Below are positions 33,253-43,723 of a DNA stretch of 64,000 nucleotides, one piece after another (positions within the stretch are counted from its first letter, which is position 1; the number at the start of each line of letters is the position of its first letter). The DNA is taken from contig CBFDEM010000027.1 in NCBI GenBank assembly GCA_965603825.1, forward strand, positions 124,001 through 188,000, in the 5' to 3' direction. A program made the position numbers and the translations under genes. Origin of the DNA: Blepharisma stoltei ATCC 30299. Taxonomy: Eukaryota; Protista; Ciliophora. The notes under the pieces were generated by a model, which did not search any database, was not told where the DNA came from, and saw nothing but the letters and a program-made list of their open reading frames with translations.

Positions 33253-35892
33253 TTAAATATATGAATATCTTCTTTGGTGAAATCGTTCTTGTGGATAAAC
33301 AGCTGCCGAAATTAAAGGTCTATCAGTAAAAATATCAACATCTGCTGTCAAAGTCCTTAAGAATATATATTTTTTGTTTTTAGAGAGAGTGTTAATGATT
33401 CCAAAATCATGCTTTTCGAAAGCTTCAGTTATTTTTTGGAGAAATTCTGTCACACTTGATACTATTGACAATTCTTCATTCGAAGATATAGTTTTCCAAA
33501 AATGCATACCAAGTATAGTAAAAAACTCAAGAAAATCAGTAAAATCCAGCATGAAATCGCTATCACTAATATAATTAGTATCACTAAGAAAGATCCCGCT
33601 TGATTTTATAAGCAATCCAGAGTACAAGCTAAATGCTGTTAGTTTATCAATTTCATATGTATCCTTTACAGGTCTTGAAAATGGGAGAATATTATGTTTA
33701 TAAGCTAACCCAGTATTTTTCAAATTTTTTAAAACGTTAGGCCGAATATTCAGATTTTCAGGTTTCCTTACCAATGATGTAGGGAAATATATCGAGCCTC
33801 TTTTCGGCCTTTTTAGTTTATTTTTTGGATAATTCGTATCTGATTTAATTTCAGATATTTTTCTCAGCTCAGGTGAAGCATTAATAAGTTCGATCTCAAT
33901 GTCCTCTTCCTCTTCATATTCTATATGATTCAGCCCTTTTAAAATCCCAAACTGTTCCAGCAGCTTTAAAAGCTTTGGCAGCTCAACTTTTCTATGTCTA
34001 TCATTTAAATCTCCTTTTACTTGTTTACTTTCAATTTTTGTCATGCTGCTATTAAACATTAAATAAAGTTGAGGGGTGAAATGTTTCATAATTTCTATAA
34101 TATGGAGGTCTTTTAATAATTCTATATAATACATTCCTTGTGATATTCTTGCTCCAGGTTTAAGGTAAAGCTTATAAAAGAGCTCAAATTTTTGATGGAG
34201 TTTCATATTTGTTAAAGATGAAAATCGTGGGTGTGAGTGGACAAGTCTGATAAGGGCCTCGATAAAGTTTGAAAGAGAAAGACGATAGATTTCTTTGAAA
34301 TTATATGATCGAGTAAGATGATGAAGTCAGCTTTTTGAGGCTTCTTGGGCTTTAGATTTTATGTGAGAAAAGGCGACGTAAAATATTTTAACTGCGTCTA
34401 AAGTGTCAAATCTTCCACTAAGCACCATAGAATCACTTAGCAGCCTAATAAAACTTACTAAATTCATAGTCAAGACATCTCTGGCCACCTTCATTGACTC
34501 TATATTATAACTCAAAAAAATTTTCCTCAGCCTTCTTTTATGCTTATAAAGAGTCTTATACAAATTAAGCCTCTCCGCAACTTCTTCCTCAAACGCGTAT
34601 TTGCTATCACTTGTAGGGTCATTTTCAGATTTAAAATAAGTAAAAAATGACAACCTTTCTTGTGAAAATTTTGAGTCAAGAATATCATCAATATCAAATC
34701 TGCTATCAGCAATTTCAGGCATTTTCCATTGGATATACTCAATTTCATCATACTTATTCCTAGTACTCGTTAAACAAGTATGTGGAAGATCTCTTGTTTC
34801 TGTTATCAAAAATGGGTCAAGATTAAGCAGTCTTAAATTACAAGCAAGCTTAATTTCTGTTTCTTGGGGTGCTAGCTCAACAGATTTCAATATTTCAGGC
34901 ATCACTGATACTGATTTCATATTTTTCTTGTGTATGCTTATTTCTTTCATTTCAATTATCCCTGCTACTGAAGGCTTTCTTGACTTTATAGAAGGCAAGC
35001 TTGCCTTGCTCTGAGCTCTAGCAATAGTAAGGGTAGGTGATGTAGAAGTTGACGAGTAATTTTGCATTATCCCTTTAAAAACAAGTGATGATATTTTTTC
35101 ATTGATTTCTCTGGTGCTTCCTGTGATTGTGATTTTTGTGTTTTCGTCTCAGCTTTCTTTTTCTATATCATGAGGAGCAATACAATCGATATTTGACGAA
35201 ATTTCGAGCTTAAACCTAAGATTCCGAAAAGCATCAAGCATGTATCTATAGTGTTTCTTTTCTAGCTCTCTTATAGAAAAAATATCATCTGAAGGCTTGC
35301 CGACTTGGACATATTTATCAACAGATTCTGATCTAGGGGAAAAGGTGTTATAGAGGGTTCTTCCTGGGATTTCGTCCATTGAATAAGCCATAAGTTGAGT
35401 CGAACTGCCAACGGTTCCTATAGCATTTCTTTCTTCAGTAGGAGACAGCCTACCTTCAATTACGCTTAAAAGCTCATCAATATCTTCTAAATAATTCATC
35501 TGGGCATTGCTTTCTTTGATTAAATCGTCCAGTGCGTCTTGCATGTCTCATACCATTTTATCCATATCTTGCTGTTTTTCTTTCAGTTCATGGATTTTTG
35601 CAGGTTTTAATTTACGAGACGCATCTTTATCGTCTTTGAGATCCAATCGAAAAACTTTGCCATCAGGATGAATGTCGCCTACTCCTCTTAAAGCTTCTTC
35701 TAATGTTATGAATTCATAATCAGGTGAATGGAATTCTAATTTATTCAAAAGTTCTTTGATATTCTAATTAAAAATTACTCTCATTTTGTGGGAGAATTGA
35801 CGGTTTTGTTTTAGTCAAGTCGATCGTAAATTGTTTACACTTGGCAAATTAGGTAAAGTTTTCATCCTAGGTAGTTGATTTTCTCGATACAT
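33253..35892 (-). CDS. Hypothetical 874-aa protein with degenerate EF-hand-like helices, 1 intron, 4 TGA-Trp
   Basis: Four track ORFs join in one frame via TGA plus intron 35764-35778; MNLVSFIRLL, LSLSNFIEALIRL, LDFTDFLEFF. Confidence 0.75.
35764..35778 (-). other. 15-nt spliceosomal intron GTAATTTTTAATTAG
   Basis: Matches the consensus; removal deletes an in-frame TAG between ATG 35892 and the long frame. Confidence 0.75.
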
Positions 35893-36075
35893 TTACAAAT
35901 AAAATGCTGATTTAATTATTTTTAAATAATTACTAAGTTTTCTAATAAATTGCAAGCTTTAAAAATTATTTCCTCAAAACTCATATAATAAATATGTGCT
36001 TTAAGTTTATTTACTAATTGCGGAAATGTTAGCATACTAAGCTGTTAATTTAATCTTATTTAGCAATACATAAAT

Positions 36076-37704
36076 ATGGAATATCAGAAAAGACTTGACG
36101 ACGAAGTTTTAGTCTGTGAAAGCGTCGACTTTGACAATACAACGCGTCGGCCCACCTTATCAACCCAACCTGACGAAGTCAAATACAAATCTTGATCGAA
36201 AATGTTCAAAAAAAACTCTGACTATATGCAAGAATACGATACTTACCAAATCGAATTTAGGCTGTCTCAAGCTATAAAGGCCAATATAATACATTTCACA
36301 CACTTATTTCTTGGCCCTTTTTCTCTTCCGATTCTTTATCTTCTGTTCGGGAGGTATTTAATGAGAAACATGATGTTTAAACTACATATTATGTACTTCA
36401 CAGGAGAACTGCCTCAGTTTATATGACTGATATTTTCTATTGCTTTTGTTTCTGAGCAGCCTGAAAGGCTGCATGACTATGGAGCTTTTATATCAGCGAC
36501 ATTAGGAGTGGTAGCATTAAAAACAATGCTTATATCTAGCAAATATGGATATTTTACACAGAAGCATTGAAAGGAGCTTGGAGCTAGGGATATGCCTTCG
36601 TTAGGAATTAGATCTCATCTTTTGCTCTGGGTATGACTGATTATACCAGCAAGAGTAGCTGAAAGAGAAATCATTAACTCATATAGAAGATTTAATATGA
36701 ACCCAGCATTATTATTTATAGTTTTGAAGAGGCCATTACCTGACGAATGCTACAGCATAATAAACTCTTTTATGCCTCCAGACCCTAATTACATCCCACT
36801 TGCTACTGGAGAATGTCGGATGTCAAATTTATCAATATCTCGGCTTCTTTTTGCAAGAATCAGAAAAAATGCTAGTCTCACTCCTATGATTTTGGTTGTT
36901 TTATGTGCAGGATTATATGGGCTTATTCCGCATCTTATTATGTTTGGACAAAAACATTTAACTTATTTTGAAGGGGGATGGCTTACATATTTTTTTCTTG
37001 TTACGTCGACCTTACTTTGTTGGTTTGTTTCATTTGCTTTTATATCATATATATATGTAGGTATATATGATTTTAATAGAAAAAGACTATTGATGAAAGA
37101 ATGCACTTCACTGATTTCTGAAGGCTATGAAGAGTCTTTAAATTTATTAAGCCAAGATAAGAGTAATCCTGCAAAGCTGGATTTTACAGATCATTTTTCA
37201 ATTATCTCGTGGTATTATTTAAGAAGAAGTTTTATGGATTTTGGGAAAGGATTTACATTGAGAATTCATTTATATACGTCGCTTGTGACTCCTTTGTGTG
37301 GCATTTTAATAGTGCTTTTAGCATTACAGTCACTTAATCTCATAGACCTCGTTCAATATTTATTAATTTTTACTCCAGAAATTGCCTTAACTTTCATGGT
37401 TCTCTTTGTCATTACTTATATGGCGCTAACTGGAGTTTTATTGAATAATCATTTTGCAACTCACCGAGATATTTTGTGAGAAAAAATAAGTAAAATAAGG
37501 AAGAAGATTTATGAGAAAAAGGGAAAAGAAAATTTATTAGATTCTATTGGGAGTATTGAATTTGTAGTAAATATGCTGTATCAAGATGAAGCATTAAGAC
37601 CAGTTACGGTTATGGGTGTAACTGTAAATTCTGGAGTGATTCTTAAAGTTCTTTCTCTTATCTTTACAGGCGCGATTGCAGTTCTTAAGATAGTTTTTGG
37701 ATAA
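36076..37704 (+). CDS. Multi-pass membrane protein, PHTF / gustatory-receptor-like 7TM family candidate, 542 aa
   Basis: One frame with 5 TGA-Trp; about 7 hydrophobic helices; LDFTDHFSIISWYYLRRSF and C-terminal PVTVMGVTVNSGVILKV. Confidence 0.7.
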
Positions 37705-37828
37705 ATATTTAATAGATACGATATTAATTCTAAATAAAATGTAATAAATTATTTCTGAAAATAAACTTATTAAAAATTAATATATGGAAATTTTAAAAAT
37801 AAACTTTTTAATTAAATTCGCAAAATTA

Positions 37829-38866
37829 ATGAATTCATCTTTTGTGTCAATCCCCAGACGAAAGGTCGAAATAATACGAAGCAGAAGTGTAATCAACATC
37901 AATAAATGCAACTGAAATCCGAACCCAAACACGCTTTCTGTGCTATACCAGCACTGGCAAAAATTGCCAACCACTTCAAAGCTAGAGTACACTAATTTAA
38001 AAAAAATATTTACTGAAGAAAGGCTTAAAATTCGGGAGGCCATCAGAAATCATGACAAGCTGAATAAAACACTTCCAAGCCTTCCAAAAAAAAACAATAA
38101 AAAAAATTTGAAAAGCTCATCTCAAATCCTCGATTTAATGGAAAAATTAAGAAAATCAAAAGAACTCAAAGAAAAAGAGAAACAAAAAAAATTAACTACT
38201 CCATTTTTGCATTTCGCAAAAGCACTAGGGGAATCTTGTACACAAAATGTGCTATTTAGCAGCAGCAGAACTAATAAATTTGGGATACTTCTTAAGAAAA
38301 CTATTATAGAGCGCTCTATTATCCCTGATGAGCCTTTTAAAGAAATTATTGATGCAGAGATTGACATGTTTTCACATATACCTATAAAAGACGAATTAAC
38401 TTTATTAACCCGCATTGGCGAACTGTTTATATCTGATTTAAATTCCGCTTCAAATGTAACCTTATTGAAAAGACATGAAATAAAATCTATTTTAAGCATC
38501 GGAACAAATAATCAGCCAATAAGGTACCCATTTATAGAAAGTTACCATACTGTAAATATTGTTGATAATGACTCAGCTGTGGAAAATTTTAATGAGTCTA
38601 TCCATGCATTTTTTAAAATAATTGATGAATGCTTGACAAAAGGTAACTTGCTTGTCCATTGCTATTATGGTATCAGCAGATCATGTGCAGTTGCAGCTGT
38701 ATATTTGATGAAAAAATTCCAAATCTCTTTGGCAAAAGCAATTACTGTTGTCCATTTGGGAAGGAAAAGCTTAAAAATTTCTCCTTTATTAGAAAAAAAG
38801 CTGCTGGATTTTGAGAAATGGCAATCGCATAGAAAAGTGAAACAAAGCTTGCAATACAACTTATAA
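37829..38866 (+). CDS. Dual-specificity protein phosphatase (atypical DSP/MKP-like)
   Basis: LFISD..SA, IVDND general-acid loop, LLVHCYYGISRS; start 37829 (or 37784), one TGA-Trp. Confidence 0.88.
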
Positions 38867-38941
38867 CAAGCTTAAAATAAATAATTATATTTTTATTATA
38901 GTTTAATTAGATTCCCTCCATTTTGGGATTTTAAGTCTATA

Positions 38942-41326
38942 ATGTTAAAAAGACCGCCAGAGATGCCAAGCGAAAAGCCCAACAAAAAGAGAAAAGTAGT
39001 AAGCAATTTGCTTATAACCCAATTCTTCAAAGCTCCAAAATCTGAAAATGAAATACCAATGAATGAAAAGCCTAAAATCTTGGAAACCCAGTTCTCAAGT
39101 AAAGCTCCTTTTAAACCATCTCCTATTGTGGAGTCTCAGAAAACAAAGCATGAAAATTGAACTCAAATGCTGACACCTGAAGAAAAATTGACTCAGTCAA
39201 AAATTGAGCATGAGCCAGATGATGAGTTTTATTTGAATTTTTTTAGAAGCATTTTTGATGTCCTTAAACTATATGGGGATATTTTGGTAAATCACGAAGA
39301 AATAAAAATTCTTGATGAATTTGAAAATTTAACTGAGCAGGCGAAGATTATGTATGTTAGGCTTTTTATGAGAAAAAAGGCATGGGTGGATTTTAACAAT
39401 TTGGAATATAAAAAGATCACAAACCAGCTTGAAGCAAGCCAAGAGCTTGTAGGAGTTGGCCTCGCGCGATCATCCAGGACTGCTTTTTTATGTGAAGACG
39501 TTCAGTTTACCTACGAGTTTCTTTCATCTTTAAACAAAGACCTTCTTTCAAAGCTAGAATCCCATTTGCGAAGCTTAATCTCAATCCTTAACCAAGATGA
39601 CCACATTTCCCAGCCTCTTCCCCCTCTTGAAAAATATTTTCAAAACCCTTTATACATGGCATCCAGAAAATCGTCTCTTCCTGAGGTTCATGAGCTGTCC
39701 TTTGCCATAACCAAGTTAGCTGAAACCAAGCCTTCTCCAAAGCGGCATTTCGTAGAGCTCGTATTAGAACAGCTCAGATACTTAAATGACTTAAAATCTG
39801 ACGTCATAATTTCATTAAAAGTAGAATCCATTGCAAACCAAACGCATTCTCCTTATGATTCATGACTAAGCTGTGTGATCCCACCAGAGTTTCCAGCATT
39901 TTTAAGGCTGACTGATTCATCTATCTCTTTATTTACAAGGCTTCATCACGCATTTTCATTTTATACATGTGAAAACCTTATGCAAGAACTTATAGTCCAA
40001 AGGATGAAGCTGCTTAAATATGCTGATTTTAGGTGCTATGTGCTAAATAAAACTGAAAATCCTAGCATATTTATGCCTATTTATAAAAACAGAACTGATG
40101 CAATAGAAATGGAAGAAGCATTTAGCTTATATATCGTATTAGAAAAGCTACGAGAACATAGGCTGCCTATAGAAACCAATTATGAGGTTTCTAAAGGTAT
40201 AGCATTAATAGCACTAAAACGATTTGGGGTTTATTCATATGGAGATGTAGAAGATTCTCTCGAAATTTTTATGAAAAATTACACAAATGATAGAATTAAT
40301 GATTGGAAGCTGGAATATGAGAGTTTATACCGCTGGTGTAAGGTACTGTATTTATGCATTGAGTTTATTGAGAGGGTAAAAGACTATTCTTTAGCTGTAA
40401 TAGCACTAATTACTATTTTAAGCCACTCTTATTATCAAAATAAACGTGGACATTGGTGGGAAAGATTGATAATTATAACTCGGGCTCATCTAGCTTTGAA
40501 ATCTCAGTCTACAGACTTAGTTCACTTAGCTTTGAGCGATCCACTATTGAGATCTGGAAGAAGAATTACATTAGAAAGACAAGCTCAAAGACTAGGAATC
40601 CCTCATACAGCTTCAGAGCTGTTTGGAAACGAGTATGACTCTTATAATCATCCTCTTTTCCAAGACATCACAACTTATGCAGCCTGCAAAAATGAAGACG
40701 GAAGGCCGCTTTTCAAGACAGACTCTGGGGAATTTTTAGCAGTCGAACAATACGCCCTTTGATGGTACAGTAAAGATGGCTGAAAAGGCTACCATAGTGA
40801 AAATCTGATTCTCCCAAGCATTTATGCTATCTTAATGTGGAAAGCTATTTTTTATGATGAAGTTCCTTATGTGTTCCAAACTCCTTTTCAATCATTTCCA
40901 TTAGATTATAAATCAGATGAATTTTATATCAAAAGAAAACATATGTTTGATTTAGCTTTAAATGAGCTTGAAAATTGTGAAGACCTTTATTTTTATTTTG
41001 TAGGGCTATATGAAAAATATTTAAATACAACCTGTGCGTTTATTTCATGGGCTGCTTGTGAGTCCTGGGGAAAGCATAATTTAGGGGTTATAGTAAAAGG
41101 TCTTGGGAAAAATGTGCTGAAAAAAATATGCGAAACTTTTGCTATGGATTTTAAGCACCATATTCATGGAATGCCTGATCTTGTCTTATGAAGAGGAGAG
41201 GAGGTAAAATTTTCTGAAATAAAATCTACAAATGATAGATTGAGCGACCATCAAAGGTTTTGGATAAAACTGCTGAGTATTTATGGGTGCAAAATTGAGG
41301 TATGCCATGTTATTGCTTCTAATTAA
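38942..41326 (+). CDS. FAN1: Fanconi-associated nuclease 1 (VRR-NUC), 794 aa, 5 TGA-Trp
   Basis: YVRLFMRK, RGHWWERL, VEQYAL, G[W]KGYHSE, FQTPFQSFPLD, GMPDLVL[W], EIKSTNDRLSDHQRFW, EVCHV. Confidence 0.92.
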
Positions 41327-41337
41327 TTTATAATTTA

Positions 41338-41940
41338 CTATTTTCTCCAAACTTCGAGTTTATTAAGCAGCAATTTATTGCCGAATTGGATAGCATCAGT
41401 TAGTTTTAGAATTCTATTGTCCCCCCCTTCCCATTTAACATAATGCCCTCTTACTACCGCGTATTTATATTCTATATCTTTAGATTTTTGGTCCAAGGAT
41501 ATAGTGGTTTTCCAAATGCTACCAGGAGTCCATTCAAGGCTTACGGCTTTGTCAGATCTCCAGTTTCCAATAAGTTCATGGCCACCCAATATAATGAGTC
41601 TTTCTCCGTATGAAGTGTTATAGTGTATACTCATAACTACATCTACTGTTTGGCCTTTGGCTGCTTCTTTTTCTCGTCTTATAGCTTCTTCAAGAGCTTC
41701 ATCATATATTGCAAGCTTTTTAAGCTCATTTAGCTCATTAATTAATTCATTTTTTGATTTTTTATTTCTTTTTTTATCAGATGCAAGAACTTGGGATTTA
41801 TGATTTTTAATATCTTCAATTTTTGTGGACGATGTGCTTTCAGACGGTTTCTTTATCTTAGACTCAAAGCTGCAGGGGCATGAGCTTTTAAAAACAGAAT
41901 CGGTATCTTTTGATATAAAATTATGTCCTTTATCGACCAT
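41338..41940 (-). CDS. CBM20 starch/glycogen-binding domain protein (non-catalytic)
   Basis: TSYGERLIILG..IGNW..AVSLEW..SIW..IEYKY..WEGGDNR. Confidence 0.88.
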   Translation of the reverse strand: MVDKGHNFISKDTDSVFKSSCPCSFESKIKKPSESTSSTKIEDIKNHKSQVLASDKKRNKKSKNELINELNELKKLAIYDEALEEAIRREKEAAKGQTVDVVMSIHYNTSYGERLIILGGHELIGNWRSDKAVSLEWTPGSIWKTTISLDQKSKDIEYKYAVVRGHYVKWEGGDNRILKLTDAIQFGNKLLLNKLEVWRK

Positions 41941-42267
41941 ATTAGCTTTATTTAATTAAATTTAATACTTTAAAAATTAAATGGCTTAGCATGAGAGGGT
42001 TAATTATTTTACCGCTGTTCAAAAAAAACCCTTCAATAGCGTCGGCTATAATCAGTACAGCAGATCCATTTCAGCAGACTATAAAAATAAAGGCAAGAAC
42101 CATCAAACAGCAAAAAACTTATACCAATAGTTTGCAAAAGCTATATCTCTTTCCTAATATGAAATTTAGTACTGTAAAAATATTATTGATTTAATTGTCT
42201 ATATTTTCTGAAAATTCTTATCTTAATCTGAGGGAAAGTTCTGTTAAAAATTTTATTTTAAATATAA

Positions 42268-43392
42268 ATGAACTTTGTGATAGTCATTTTTCTAGCATTT
42301 GTTTCTGCTGAACTATCATTAGTTATTGAAATATCAAAAGAAGGCCAAAGGACACCATCAAAAAATTTCCCTTGAGGTTTAAAAGAAGATCCTAGTATTC
42401 TTTCTAGTCAAGGATTTGATAAGCAGTATCAAATTGGACAAAAAATCAAAGAAAAATATTACAATTTAATCCATCCTTATTATACTGATGATGACATTCT
42501 AGCTAGATCTTGCAATTCTTCAAGCTGCATATCAAGTATTAAAGCTCAACTAGAAGGGATCTATGGAAAATCCTATAATTTTAAAATTAATTTCACACAA
42601 GAAGCAGATGATTTTTTATTCAGGCCACAAGATTCATGCCCAAGAATTCGATGACTAATGACGCCCAGACTGCAAAGCAAAGATTGGCAAGAAATCTGAA
42701 AAAAAGTCCTTTCACATAGCGAAAAATATAAAAAGTTTATAGGAAATGATATAGATATACAAAAAATATATGGCCTAGGAGAAGCTTTAAAATCATATAA
42801 AGAACGAAAAATTGATTTTCCATCAGAGCTCACAAAAGAAGAAGCTGAAATTGCTATTGAGGCATATTACAGATTTCATGACACAGTTATTTTTGCATCA
42901 ATAGAGCAAGGGATTCTGGCTACCAATGAAATGATGATCAATTTGTTTAGATCAATAAATTATGAGATAACAAAGCCAAGCCAAGTCAGCCAAAAGTTTC
43001 ATATATATTTAGGAGATGATGCATGGTATATGGCGATTATGAGAACTCTAGGAATGGATTTTTCCCCATCAGCTGCTTCAGCTCTTTTTATTGAGCTCCA
43101 TAGAATAGATGATGATAAAAAGATTAGGTTTTGGCAGGAAAATTCGTATGTGGAAGTCCCTGGATGTGGATTGGAATGCGATTTTAGAGATTTTGAAGAT
43201 ATTATTACAAATAGAAATTTTAAGCCAGAGCATAAGCATCGAAAACTTTGCATGATTATAGGAGAAATAGAGGAAAATGGAGAAATATTGAAATATGCTC
43301 TTATCATTTTGTCTTGCTTGTTTGTTTCGGTTTTGTTTAAATTCCATGAACAGCTTTCAGTATGGGTACAGAAAAAATTCAAATCAGAATAA
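42268..43392 (+). CDS. Histidine acid phosphatase (branch 2) family protein, signal peptide plus C-terminal TM, catalytic residues substituted, 374 aa
   Basis: ELSLVIEISKEGQRTP (RHGxRxP position), LSSQGFDKQYQIGQKIKEKY, SCPR, PSAASALFIELH, VPGCGLEC; 3 TGA-Trp. Confidence 0.82.
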
Positions 43393-43723
43393 TAAACTAT
43401 AAATATATTTAAAAATCAAAATTATTAATTATTTTGTCAAAAATTAATATGATAAAAATAACGATGGTGTCACTATTATTTTTATATAAGAGAATATTTA
43501 ACTTAAAATAAATTATTTGGAACTCTGCTTATGAAGTGTTTTATAAAGGTTTTTAGGGAAAATGCATCCCCTTACCTCATGATATGAGAAAATTTTCTTA
43601 GATTTCTAATCATTTAGATGTTCATGATCCATCTTTCTATAAAGATTGATATTGCCAAATTAAGCGAATTTTTAAAACATATAATTTTATTTTCAAATTA
43701 AGTTCTTACTTACTTTTAATCGC

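Noticed and set aside
41991-42194. 67-aa ORF between the CBM20 and phosphatase-like genes
   Set aside because: No motif, AT-rich, lies in a divergent promoter gap
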